From positions 1-64,000 of the forward strand of contig DLMY01000059.1 in NCBI GenBank assembly GCA_002478275.1: DNA of 64,000 nt, in the 5' to 3' direction. How positions within the stretch are numbered: the stretch's first letter is position 1; the number at the start of each line of letters is the position of its first letter. A program made the position numbers and the translations under genes. The DNA is from Actinobacteria bacterium UBA7524 (lineage in GTDB: Bacteria; Actinomycetota; Coriobacteriia; Anaerosomatales; UBA912). The notes under the pieces were generated by a model. That model was given only the letters and a program-made list of their open reading frames with translations, was not told the DNA's origin and made no database searches. This document shows positions 48,402-57,340 of this stretch, piece after piece.

Positions 48402-49103
48402 CTACATCACATCCTCGAACACGCGACCAAGGGCGCGCCGTACGAGGTGGGACGTCAACTGTTCGGTGAGCTCGGTCAGCTCTCCGAGCGTCTCGACGAG
48501 TCGCTGGCGTGTCTCCGGCGTGCGATGGCGAAACGCCGGCATCAGGATCTGCGAGAAGAACGTGGACTCACGTTCGGCGAACGTCTCGTACATGCGCAGA
48601 TGGCGTGGCTCTACACCGAATCGCCGCATGTCCCAGCAGACGTGCGCTATGTGTACGTCGGCGCGCCCGAGTTCGGGGCCTTTGGCGCCGTCGACCAGCT
48701 CGATCAGGCCGTATTCGGCGAGTTCCTTGATGAACGAGGTCGGCAGACCCAGCTGTGAGGGCGCATCATCGAGCGGGACCGTCTCAGCGTCCTCGAGCGG
48801 CAAAGACACAGTCTCGACCGCACCGACGACCTGCCTGAGCTCGACCGGGACCTTGCCTTTATCGTAGTCGGCAAGCCTGTCCCGTATGACCGCCAGAGGC
48901 AGGAAATGCTCTCGCTGCAGCCGTAGGATCAGGTCGATGCGGGCGACGTCGGCTTGAGCGAACTTCCGGTATCCTCCGGCCGTGCGCTCCGGGGAGATGA
49001 GACCCTCTTCCTCGAGGAAGCGGATCTTGGATATCGAGAGGTCGGGATGCGTGCCTTGCAGCTTCTCGACGACCTCACCGATGGTCAGATAGTCACGTGC
49101 CAT
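48402..49103 (-). CDS. MerR-family transcriptional regulator (Rv1828/FtsR type)
   Basis: LTIGEV...PDLSISKIRFLEEEGLISPERTAGGYRKF, LQREHFLPL.VI, FGVEPRHLR; directly after the FHA gene. Confidence 0.9.
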   Translation of the reverse strand: MARDYLTIGEVVEKLQGTHPDLSISKIRFLEEEGLISPERTAGGYRKFAQADVARIDLILRLQREHFLPLAVIRDRLADYDKGKVPVELRQVVGAVETVSLPLEDAETVPLDDAPSQLGLPTSFIKELAEYGLIELVDGAKGPELGRADVHIAHVCWDMRRFGVEPRHLRMYETFAERESTFFSQILMPAFRHRTPETRQRLVETLGELTELTEQLTSHLVRRALGRVFEDVM

Positions 49104-49114
49104 CGCGTGTGCAC

Positions 49115-49561
49115 TCACCCTTGCCCGCCGGCGAAGAGCATCTGGAACATGCCCACCTGGACCACATCGCCGTTGCTCAGTTGCGCCTTGTCCACGCAGA
49201 TGCCGTTGACGTAGGTGCCGTTGAGCGACCCTGCATCGGAGATGCACGCGATCCCGTCGGCAAGCTCCACGACCGCATGGCGGCGCGATACTGTCACGTC
49301 GTTCAGGAAGATATCGGACCCGGGGTCTCTCCCGATGGTGATCCGGGCCCGGTCCAGGTAGAAGCGCTCTCCCAGTTCAGGCCCCTTGCGCACGATAAGG
49401 GCAGGACCCTCGTCCTTCTCGACAGCGGCCGGGACACCGGTAAGCATCTCATCGGTCACAGGGGCGAACGACTGGGTGGTACCCTCCAGGGTCTCACCGC
49501 ATACAGGGCACTCCCTGCCACTACCTTCAGTGTCGATGCCGCACGCTGGGCACTTGGTCAT
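49115..49561 (-). CDS. Zinc-ribbon plus FHA-domain protein (GarA/OdhI-like)
   Basis: CPAC/CPVC, EGTTQSF (like GarA ETTS), IGRDPGSDIFLNDVTVSRRHA, GSLNGTYVN. Confidence 0.9.
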   Translation of the reverse strand: MTKCPACGIDTEGSGRECPVCGETLEGTTQSFAPVTDEMLTGVPAAVEKDEGPALIVRKGPELGERFYLDRARITIGRDPGSDIFLNDVTVSRRHAVVELADGIACISDAGSLNGTYVNGICVDKAQLSNGDVVQVGMFQMLFAGGQG

Positions 49562-49597
49562 CGAGCACTCCTCCCGACCAGTCTCTCGCCCGGCAGT

Positions 49598-49858
49598 TCA
49601 GTCCGAGAAGCCGAACTCTCGCTTCTGGAACGATGTCGCGATCTGCTCCTCGAGAGCCGTCATGATCTCCGGGTTCTCGAGCACCTTCTCGAGACGCTCC
49701 TCGCTCAGGCGATTCTTCACGTACGGATCCGCCAGGATATCCGTGAGCTTGCGTCCGTTGTGAAGCTCCCGGATGACGTACTCGACCACGCGCTCTTCGA
49801 GCGCATCGGTGGCAAGGTCCTCCAGGAACTCCTTCAGCTTGTCGCTGATAGTCGTCAC
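49598..49858 (-). CDS. Hypothetical helical protein (86 aa)
   Basis: AAGGAGG RBS plus GTG; protein-like composition; inside a co-directional cluster. Confidence 0.8.
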   Translation of the reverse strand: MTTISDKLKEFLEDLATDALEERVVEYVIRELHNGRKLTDILADPYVKNRLSEERLEKVLENPEIMTALEEQIATSFQKREFGFSD

Positions 49859-49908
49859 GTCGCCTCCTTGTCAGCTAGCGAACGGCCACTCAGCCGTCCG
49901 CGCTTCGC

Positions 49909-50217
49909 CTATTCTTCGTCCAGCTCCGGGCTGGGACTGTCAGGGATGGACACGCCTCGCACGTCGTTGGCGAGGATCTCGATCAGCCGCTCCACGTCCG
50001 TACCCGATATGACGTCCTCCCCTGCCTCACGCTGCGTCTTCAAGCGCCTGACGAGCTCAGCGCGCAGGATATCGATCCGCCCGTGCATCACTCTGCGCAT
50101 GTAGGAGAGCCGCTGCTCCTCGGCGTGCAGCTCGTTGAGCAGCTCCCTCAGTTCATCGTTGGACTTCGCAGCGAGATCGAGGAGTGCCTCGTCGAATCGA
50201 TCGCTTTCCTCGCTCAT
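49909..50217 (-). CDS. Single-motif RsiG/AmfC-like coiled-coil protein (candidate c-di-GMP-dependent anti-sigma factor)
   Basis: EQRLSYMRRVMHGRID = E-X3-S-X2-R-X3-H-X3-D, then ILRAEL; GGAGG RBS. Confidence 0.8.
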   Translation of the reverse strand: MSEESDRFDEALLDLAAKSNDELRELLNELHAEEQRLSYMRRVMHGRIDILRAELVRRLKTQREAGEDVISGTDVERLIEILANDVRGVSIPDSPSPELDEE

Positions 50218-50259
50218 GTCCCCTCCACTCGAACCGGTATGGCGGTTGTGAACACCCCG

Positions 50260-50268
50260 ATTGTATCA
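50260..50268 (-). promoter_or_regulatory. Extended -10 promoter element for the RsiG-like operon
   Basis: Minus strand reads TG-A-TACAAT about 45 nt upstream of the ATG at 50217. Confidence 0.5.
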
Positions 50269-50350
50269 GACACAGACAGCCATAGATGCCTTGACCTGTA
50301 CTATAACTCCAGCCAGTGACACGCGTTGTTCGCGCATACCGCTAAGCGCC

Positions 50351-51124
50351 TCATTCGCACCCCACCTGCGACTCGAGCTCGCGAGCCAGATCCTGCTCTT
50401 GCGCGCTCAGAGCGCCGAGTTCGAATTCCACCTCAAGCTCGCGGGCGAACCCCTCGACCAGCGCTTCTTGGATGCGCGGGACCGGCGGGACCTCCTCTAG
50501 CAGCTCTCCGAGCGCCGTTGCCGCGGCCTGGAGGTGGAGCTTCTGGCCAGATTCCAGTCCGAACACGCGAGCCTCACGCTCGATGTCCCTGCTCCTGATC
50601 ACCGAGCCGTGCTGCATGACGACGCCCTCGTGCCAGACCTGGGCACTGCCGGAGAGCTTGAGCCCGCCTGCGGAAAGATCGGCGTGCGTGGCGTGCAGGT
50701 AACACGCGCTCGAACCACGCTCGCCGCGTGGCCGCGAGGTCACATGCGCCGCGACCCCGAGCGCGCCGTACGACGCGACCAGCCCGCGACACAGGTAGCG
50801 GTACGAGGCAGCGACTCCGCGAGGGACCCCGTCGCCGGTCCCGGCTACCACGCAGTAGGTCACCTCGTCGTCGTGCAGCACACCGCGCCCACCCGTGAAG
50901 CGCCGGACCACATCGATCCCCAGCGACGTGCACGCCTCCAGATCGACCCCGTCTGCCGACTGGAAGCGCCCCAGACTCACCGCAGGCGGACGCCACTGGT
51001 AAAGCCGCAGCGTAGGAGGCGCTTCTTTGCGCGCGCACGAGATCTGGATCGCGCGGTCGACGGACATGTTGCGCACCCCGTCGCACGCATCATCGACGAC
51101 CAGTCGCCAGGAACGCTCACCCAT
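50351..51124 (-). CDS. Lipoate-protein ligase / octanoyltransferase family (LipM/LplA-like)
   Basis: NMSVDRA, PTLRLYQW..PAVSLGRFQ, VVRRFTGGRGVLHD, KLSGSAQ, QHGS; follows gcvPB. Confidence 0.9.
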   Translation of the reverse strand: MGERSWRLVVDDACDGVRNMSVDRAIQISCARKEAPPTLRLYQWRPPAVSLGRFQSADGVDLEACTSLGIDVVRRFTGGRGVLHDDEVTYCVVAGTGDGVPRGVAASYRYLCRGLVASYGALGVAAHVTSRPRGERGSSACYLHATHADLSAGGLKLSGSAQVWHEGVVMQHGSVIRSRDIEREARVFGLESGQKLHLQAAATALGELLEEVPPVPRIQEALVEGFARELEVEFELGALSAQEQDLARELESQVGCE

Positions 51125-52652
51125 CGGCCGAAAGACCACCGGGGTCCGGACGCCACCTCAGGTCGGGCGTACGCGCGGCTCGCGCCTCGTCCAAGCGGCG
51201 GACCGGTGTGGTGTACGGGGCGTTCTTCACGATTTCGGGGTCGGTCCTGATCTCCTCGGCGATCGAGATCATGGCATCGACGAACGCGTCCAGCGCGCTG
51301 AGCGGTTCGGTCTCGGTGGGCTCGATCATCATCGATTCCTCGACGATCAGCGGGAAGTAGACCGTGGGAGGATGGAATCCGTGGTCGAGCAGGCGCTTGG
51401 CGATGTCGAGGGTCCGCACACCGTGCTCCTTGCGCATCGCGGCGCCGGAGAGCACGAACTCGTGCATGCACATGCGGCAGAACGGGCAATCGAACAGGCC
51501 GGACAGACGCTGCCTGAGGTAGTTCGCCGAGAGCACCGCTTGCTCGCTGACCTCGCGCAACCCTTCGGCGCCCAAGGCCCGGATGTAGGCGTAGGCGCGC
51601 ACCAGCACGCCGACGTTGCCCCAAAACGTCCTGACCCGCCCGATCGAGCGCTCGGGCATCCGGCCCGCATACGCGTCGCCGTCGCGCACGACGACCGGTC
51701 CGGGCAGGTAAGACGCGAGCTTCTCCGTCACGCATACGGGGCCGGCGCCGGGCCCGCCGCCGCCGTGAGGGGTCGAGAACGTCTTGTGCAGATTGAAGTG
51801 CAGAGCGTCGAAGCCCATGTCCCCGGGCCTGCTGATGCCCAGCACGGCGTTCATGTTCGCCCCGTCGCAGTACACCAGCGCGCCGACGGCCTGTGCGGCC
51901 TCGGTGATGTCCAGGATCGACGCCTCGAAGAGCCCGAGCGTGTTGGGGTTCGTGAGCATCACGGCGGCGACGTCTTGGGCGAGAGCGGCCCTCAGGGCCT
52001 CCATGTCGACACCGCCGTCGGAGCCGCTCGGTATCGTCTCGGCCTCATATCCGCACATGCTCACGGTCGCGGGGTTCGTCCCGTGCGCGGAGTCCGGTAT
52101 CAGCACCCGCTTGCGCACATCGCCCTGGTCGAGGTGGTACGCGCGAAAACACATCAGCGCCGTCAGCTCTCCGTGAGCGCCCGCCGCCGGCTGCAGCGTC
52201 ACGCCGGGAAGGCCCGAGATCTCGCCGAGCGCCTCCTGGAGTTCCCACATCAGCTCAAGCAGCCCCTGCACGGACGCGGCAGGCTGGTGAGGATGCGCTC
52301 CTGCGAATCCGTCGAGGCGGCAGGCGTCCTCATTGATGCGCGGGTTGTACTTCATCGTGCAGCTGCCCAGCGGGTACATGCCGGAATCGACCCCGAAGTT
52401 CATCTCGGCCAGATGGCCGTAGTGGCGCATGATCTCCAGCTCGCTCACGTTGGGAAGCGCAGGCGGCGTCTTGCGCAGCGCATCGCCGAGGAGCGCCTCG
52501 AGCGGCTCCCACTCCCCCTCGGGCGCGGGCGCTTCGACGCAGCGGGATTCCTCCGCGCCCAGCTCGAAGATGAGCTCGCGCGGCCCTCGTGCGGGCCTGT
52601 GAGCGGCGGCATCGGAGTTCGCGGCTGCCGGGTGCTCAGCTGGAGCGCTCAC
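51117..52652 (-). CDS. gcvPB: Glycine dehydrogenase (decarboxylating) subunit 2
   Basis: YPLGSCTMKYNP, QPAAGAHGE, SAHGTNPA, NLHKTFSTPHGGGGPG; GTGA overlap with gcvPA. Confidence 0.96.
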   Translation of the reverse strand: MSAPAEHPAAANSDAAAHRPARGPRELIFELGAEESRCVEAPAPEGEWEPLEALLGDALRKTPPALPNVSELEIMRHYGHLAEMNFGVDSGMYPLGSCTMKYNPRINEDACRLDGFAGAHPHQPAASVQGLLELMWELQEALGEISGLPGVTLQPAAGAHGELTALMCFRAYHLDQGDVRKRVLIPDSAHGTNPATVSMCGYEAETIPSGSDGGVDMEALRAALAQDVAAVMLTNPNTLGLFEASILDITEAAQAVGALVYCDGANMNAVLGISRPGDMGFDALHFNLHKTFSTPHGGGGPGAGPVCVTEKLASYLPGPVVVRDGDAYAGRMPERSIGRVRTFWGNVGVLVRAYAYIRALGAEGLREVSEQAVLSANYLRQRLSGLFDCPFCRMCMHEFVLSGAAMRKEHGVRTLDIAKRLLDHGFHPPTVYFPLIVEESMMIEPTETEPLSALDAFVDAMISIAEEIRTDPEIVKNAPYTTPVRRLDEARAARTPDLRWRPDPGGLSADG

Positions 52653-54031
52653 AGCGAGCTCACCTCCCGCACGAACGCATCGAGCTCCTCGCGTGTGCGC
52701 TTCTCGGTCACCGCGAACAGCACGACCGAGTCCTGGTCGGACAGCACGGCAGGTCGCCCTGACCCCGCGCACAGCTCCGCAAGCCCGACTCCGGCAAGGT
52801 AACCGCGCTCGAGCATCTCGCTGCGCATCCGCTCGACATCGCCGTCGTATCTCAGCGCGAACTCACGCGCATAAGGAGCACTCGTCACCGGTGCGAACCG
52901 GCCCGTCTCGATCAGCCTGCCCTTGAGGTAGCAGGCCTTCTGCACCGCGTCGCGCGCGATCGACTGCAGACCGCTGCGTCCCACCGCGGCCAGGTACACC
53001 CCGGCCACCAGAGCGTTGAGCCCGTGGTTGCTGCAGATGTTGCTCGTGGCCTTCTCGCGCCTGATGTGCTGCTCGCGGGTCGAGAGCGTGAGCACGAACG
53101 CAGGCGCCCCGTCGACGTCCACCGTCCGCCCCGCGAGCCTGCCCGGCATCTGCCGCACGAACTCCTCGCGACACGCGAACAGCCCCAGGCCCGGGCCGCC
53201 GAACGACATGGCGTTGCCCAAAGGCTGCCCCTCGCCCACCACGATGTCGGCGCCCAGCTCACCGGGTGCCTCCAACACGCCGAGGAGCACCGGATCGGCC
53301 GCGACCACCGCAAGCGCTCCGTGCGCGTGCGCGGCCGCCGCAGCTGCGGCGACATCCTCGATGCAGCCGAGCACGTTGGGGCTCTGCACCAAGACGGCCG
53401 CTACATCGTCACCTGCGAGCAGCGACTCCAGGGTGCTGGAGCCGGGTACGATCGACACGCCAGTGGTCTCCTCGGCGGGTGAGGTCACGACCTCCACTGA
53501 AGCTGCGGCGGCGTACGTCGCGAGCGTCGCGCGCCATGCGGGGTGGACGGATACGGCGCACAGGACCTTGCTGCGCTTCGTCACCCTGCAGGCCATGAGC
53601 GCTGCCTCGGCGAACGCGGTCGCGCCGTCATACATGCTCGCGTTGGCCACGTCCATGCCGGTCAGCTCGCAGACCATCGACTGGAACTCGTAGATCGCCT
53701 GCAGCGTTCCCTGGCTGACTTCGGGCTGGTAGGGCGTGTAGGCGGTGAAGAACTCGGGGCGGCGCGCCACATGGTCCACGACGCTCGGGATGTAGTGGTC
53801 GTAGCATCCCGCCCCCGCGAGACACACGAGTCCGGTCGCGGGCGCGTTGTGTCCGGCCAGGCTCGCGAGGTGGCGGGAAAGCTCGATCTCGGTCAGAGGA
53901 CCCGGCAGCGCGAGCGGTCGTTTCAGGCGCACCGCATCGGGTACGGCATCGAACAGCTCATCGATAGCCGAAACGCCGACAGCGCGAAGCATGGCCTCGC
54001 GCTGTTCGCAGGTGATCGGTATGTAGCGCAT
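52649..54031 (-). CDS. gcvPA: Glycine dehydrogenase (decarboxylating) subunit 1
   Basis: EFFTAYTPYQPEVSQG, NASMYDGA, FGGP, TREQHIRREKATSNICSN. Confidence 0.96.
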   Translation of the reverse strand: MRYIPITCEQREAMLRAVGVSAIDELFDAVPDAVRLKRPLALPGPLTEIELSRHLASLAGHNAPATGLVCLAGAGCYDHYIPSVVDHVARRPEFFTAYTPYQPEVSQGTLQAIYEFQSMVCELTGMDVANASMYDGATAFAEAALMACRVTKRSKVLCAVSVHPAWRATLATYAAAASVEVVTSPAEETTGVSIVPGSSTLESLLAGDDVAAVLVQSPNVLGCIEDVAAAAAAAHAHGALAVVAADPVLLGVLEAPGELGADIVVGEGQPLGNAMSFGGPGLGLFACREEFVRQMPGRLAGRTVDVDGAPAFVLTLSTREQHIRREKATSNICSNHGLNALVAGVYLAAVGRSGLQSIARDAVQKACYLKGRLIETGRFAPVTSAPYAREFALRYDGDVERMRSEMLERGYLAGVGLAELCAGSGRPAVLSDQDSVVLFAVTEKRTREELDAFVREVSSL

Positions 54032-54045
54032 CCCTACGGGTCGGT

Positions 54046-54423
54046 CTACTCGTTGACGAAGGCTTCGTAGTCCCCGGCAGACATGAGCGCATCGATCTCG
54101 CTTGCGTCCGACATCTTCACCTTGATCATCCAGCCGTCGCCGTAGGGATCGGCGTTCACGGTCTCGGGTGTGTCGGAGAGCGCGTCGTTGACTTCGACGA
54201 TCTCGCCCGAGACAGGCGAATACAACTCGCTCACGGACTTGACCGACTCGATCTCGCCGAAGGTCTCATCGGCGGTGACAGCGTCCCCGGTCGAGGGAAG
54301 GTCGACGTAGACGACCTCGCCGAGCTGGTCCTGCGCGAAGTGCGAGATACCGATGACAGCAACGTCACCCTCGACTCTGACCCATTCATGTTCCTTGTGA
54401 TAAACCAGGTCGCCTGGATACAT
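54046..54423 (-). CDS. gcvH: Glycine cleavage system H protein
   Basis: HEWV, GISHFAQDQLG, lipoyl motif IESVKSVS, NADPYGDGW. Confidence 0.97.
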   Translation of the reverse strand: MYPGDLVYHKEHEWVRVEGDVAVIGISHFAQDQLGEVVYVDLPSTGDAVTADETFGEIESVKSVSELYSPVSGEIVEVNDALSDTPETVNADPYGDGWMIKVKMSDASEIDALMSAGDYEAFVNE

Positions 54424-54440
54424 CGCTCCCCGCGCTCCTT

Positions 54441-55562
54441 TCAGGCCTGTGCCTTCGACAGTGACGTACTCCTCACGAACGGCGGCCGCGTGACCACCGC
54501 CCGGACGGTCTTCTTGCGGACCGCAACCTCGAGCACCGTGCCCGCTTCGCTGAGCGCGACAGGGACGTACGAGGTGGCGATGCCCGTCGAGAGAGTCGGC
54601 GAGTACGTGCCGCTTGCCACCTTACCCACCTCGACGCCGTCGTGCAATACGCTCATTCCCGGCCTCGGCACGGCTCCGTCGACCAGCAGGCCGGTCAGGC
54701 GCCGCTGCGCACCCGCCTCACGCACGCGCTCGATGGCCTCAGAGCCCACGAACGGCCCCTTGTCGCGCGCGACCGTCCATCCCAGACCTGCCGAGACCGG
54801 ATCCACGCCACGGTCCATGTCCTGCCCGTAGAGCGGATACCCCATCTCCAGCCGAAGCGTGTCGCGCGCGCCCAGGCCGCAGGGAGTCACCTCGGGAAAC
54901 GACAGCAGCATCCTCCACAGGCCTGCTGCGTGTGCAGCATGGCAGACGATCTCGACGCCGTCTTCGCCCGTGTAGCCGGTGCGCGCCAGCAGGACCGGCG
55001 TCGCATCGAGTCTCGCCTCGGCGATAGTGAAGCGCGCAGGCGGCTCGAAGCCCTCACCCGCGAGCTCGCCGATGATCTCGAGCGCCCGAGGACCCTGCAA
55101 CGCAAGCAGCGCCGTGCGGTCGGACTCATCAGCGATCTCGACCTCGGCGGCGTGGACACTTTCCGCCAGACGCGCCCTCATCCAGTCGAGATCGGTCTCG
55201 CGGTTCGACGCGTTGACCACGATCATGTACTCCAGATCACCCGTGTGGTAGACGATCAGGTCGTCGATGATCCCGCCGTCCTCGTCGCACATCAGCGTGT
55301 ACTGCGCCTCGCCGAGGGTCGCGATCAGGCCCAGGTCGTTCGTGAGTAGCGACTGCAGGAAGTCGAACGCGCCGAAGCCGAACACACGCACCTGGCCCAT
55401 GTGACACACGTCGAACAGCCCTGCCGAGGAACGCGTGGCCTTGTGCTCCTCGATGATCCCCTCGTACTGCACGGGCATCGCCCATCCCGCGAACGGGACC
55501 ATCCTGGCTCCCAGTGCGATGTGCTCCTCATACAGCGGCGTCTTGTACAGTTGGTCGCTCAC
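54441..55562 (-). CDS. gcvT: Glycine cleavage system aminomethyltransferase T
   Basis: KTPLY, FAGWAMPVQY, LFDVCHMG, RTGYTGEDGVE, GLGARDTLRLE. Confidence 0.97.
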   Translation of the reverse strand: MSDQLYKTPLYEEHIALGARMVPFAGWAMPVQYEGIIEEHKATRSSAGLFDVCHMGQVRVFGFGAFDFLQSLLTNDLGLIATLGEAQYTLMCDEDGGIIDDLIVYHTGDLEYMIVVNASNRETDLDWMRARLAESVHAAEVEIADESDRTALLALQGPRALEIIGELAGEGFEPPARFTIAEARLDATPVLLARTGYTGEDGVEIVCHAAHAAGLWRMLLSFPEVTPCGLGARDTLRLEMGYPLYGQDMDRGVDPVSAGLGWTVARDKGPFVGSEAIERVREAGAQRRLTGLLVDGAVPRPGMSVLHDGVEVGKVASGTYSPTLSTGIATSYVPVALSEAGTVLEVAVRKKTVRAVVTRPPFVRSTSLSKAQA

Positions 55563-55608
55563 TGGACCTTGTCCCTCCCCGGCGCATGGAGCGCCACTCG
55601 TCTCGAAC

Positions 55609-56856
55609 TCACGGCAGGACCGGCTCGGCCGTCAGCTGACCGCCCACGACCGATCGCCATGCCCGCACCACACCTATCCACGCCCGCTCGAACACACCAG
55701 GTCGCGGCACGTCCGTCCCGGCCACGAGCTCGACTTGCGCAAGCATCCTGCTTCCCTGAGTCAGCGTGAGCGTCCCGATACGATCGCCCTTCGCCACCGG
55801 CGCGGCGATCCCCGGATCGAGGGTGACCGACCGCTCGATCTCCCCGTCGAGGTCGAACACCGGGACCCGGCTGTCCTTGGCCACGAGAGCCGGGACCGTC
55901 ACGTCGAGGTAGTCGGTGACGGGAACGGCCCCCAGGGTCTCCTCGGCGGATGCGAGGATCCGGGGACGGTAGTGCTCGAAGCCCCAGTCGAGCAACGTGC
56001 GGGCCTGATCGAATCGCGTGTTCTCGTTCGAAGCACCCAGCACGACCGCCGTGAGTTCGACGCCGTTGCGTGTGGCCGTGGCGACCAGGCAGTATCCCGC
56101 ACGCGAGGTCCATCCGGTCTTCACGCCCGTGGCGCCGATGTACTCCCCTATCAGCAGGTTGGAGTTCGGCAGCGGCGCCGCTCCGCCATCGCCGTCCAGG
56201 TCGATCTGCGTGAGCCCGACGGCGCGCCGGAAGGGGTCTTTGGACATCGCATAGCGGGTCAGTATCGACAGCTCTGAAGCAGTGGTGTGATGCCCCTGCG
56301 CGTCGAGCCCGTGCGGATTGGTGAAGCTCGTGTCAGTAAGACCGAGCTCGGCAGCCTTGGCGTTCATCATCTCGACGAAACGATCGGCGGTCCCGCCGAC
56401 GTGTTCGGCCAGGGCCTGGGCGGCTTCGTTGCCTGACTTCACGAGCATCGCGTCGAGCGCGTCGGAGACAGTCAGCACGTCGCCGGGTTTCAGTCCGGCG
56501 GCCGACTCCCCTATCGCCACCGCCCGTCTCGAGACCGTCAAAGTCTCGTCGAGAGAGGCGTTCTCCAACACGACCACGGCGGTCATGATCTTGGTCGTGC
56601 TCGCCATCGCGCGTTGTTCGTCGGCGGAGCGGGACCACAGCTCACGGCCGTCGGGGGTGACGAGTATGCCCGCCCGCATGGCGACGTCCGGTACAACGCT
56701 TTCGAGTTCGGGCGACGTTGCGACAGACGCGCCTCCGACCAGGTCGGACGCGAGAACCGTCGCAGACGGTGCGATGAAGCTCAGCGCAAGGAGGCCGAGT
56801 ATGAAGACGCGGAGAAGCCGCTTCTTGAAAGTCGAAGGATCAACGCTTGGCGACAT
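55609..56856 (-). CDS. D-alanyl-D-alanine carboxypeptidase (peptidase S11)
   Basis: SxxK (ASTTK), SGN, NPHGLD, KTG; signal peptide and PBP5-like C-domain. Confidence 0.93.
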   Translation of the reverse strand: MSPSVDPSTFKKRLLRVFILGLLALSFIAPSATVLASDLVGGASVATSPELESVVPDVAMRAGILVTPDGRELWSRSADEQRAMASTTKIMTAVVVLENASLDETLTVSRRAVAIGESAAGLKPGDVLTVSDALDAMLVKSGNEAAQALAEHVGGTADRFVEMMNAKAAELGLTDTSFTNPHGLDAQGHHTTASELSILTRYAMSKDPFRRAVGLTQIDLDGDGGAAPLPNSNLLIGEYIGATGVKTGWTSRAGYCLVATATRNGVELTAVVLGASNENTRFDQARTLLDWGFEHYRPRILASAEETLGAVPVTDYLDVTVPALVAKDSRVPVFDLDGEIERSVTLDPGIAAPVAKGDRIGTLTLTQGSRMLAQVELVAGTDVPRPGVFERAWIGVVRAWRSVVGGQLTAEPVLP

Positions 56857-56932
56857 GCCACTCTCTCAACACATGTGCGACAATGGACGCGTCCAGTGAA
56901 CCACAGTGCCGGGCAGGACACCAGGAGGTTTC

Positions 56933-57271
56933 ATGCGACGGATCTGTGACGACCGGGGTTACACGCTCGTCGAAATTCTCGCCGTACTGGGCATCATCGG
57001 CATCCTGACCAGCATCGCAGTAGGCACCTTCGTCGCATCGACTCAGCGCGCCCAGCGTATCGCCTGCCAGTCGAACGTCCGCATACTCGACGGATCCATC
57101 GAGACCTACCGGGCGGACCATGACGGCCGGGCGCCTGCGACGATCGACGATCTCTCCCCCTACGTGACGTCCTTCGACCGCACCTCTCGCTGCCCTGCGG
57201 ACTCCACGCAATCCCTGCGCTACGTCACCGACCCGCAGCCATCGATCGTCTGCGACTATCATGACCACTGA
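56933..57271 (+). CDS. Prepilin-type (class III signal peptide) small pilin, ComGC/PilA-like
   Basis: DDRG|YTLVEILAVLGIIGIL with E+5, then C..N...L...IE.Y, CP and a terminal C..H; AGGAGG RBS. Confidence 0.85.
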   Translation: MRRICDDRGYTLVEILAVLGIIGILTSIAVGTFVASTQRAQRIACQSNVRILDGSIETYRADHDGRAPATIDDLSPYVTSFDRTSRCPADSTQSLRYVTDPQPSIVCDYHDH

Positions 57272-57340
57272 CACTGCTGACCGACCCCGGCCGGAAGGAC
57301 CGGCGGCGCTCCTCGTCCGCCAATACGCCAAGGAGATGGT

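Noticed and set aside
51027..52802. 591-aa + strand ORF and similar long antisense ORFs (41990-43426, 39185-40618, 45383-46801, 24542-25837)
   Set aside because: Each lies opposite a confidently identified gene and shows shadow-frame composition.
55563..55608. Glycine riboswitch upstream of gcvT
   Set aside because: Only 46 nt separate gcvT from the upstream gene, and no aptamer motifs were seen.
56872..56895. CATGTGCGACA shared with the dapA-rnj inverted repeat, plus the palindrome TGGACGCGTCCA
   Set aside because: An 11-nt match and a 12-nt palindrome can arise by chance in 64 kb; no further copies noticed.
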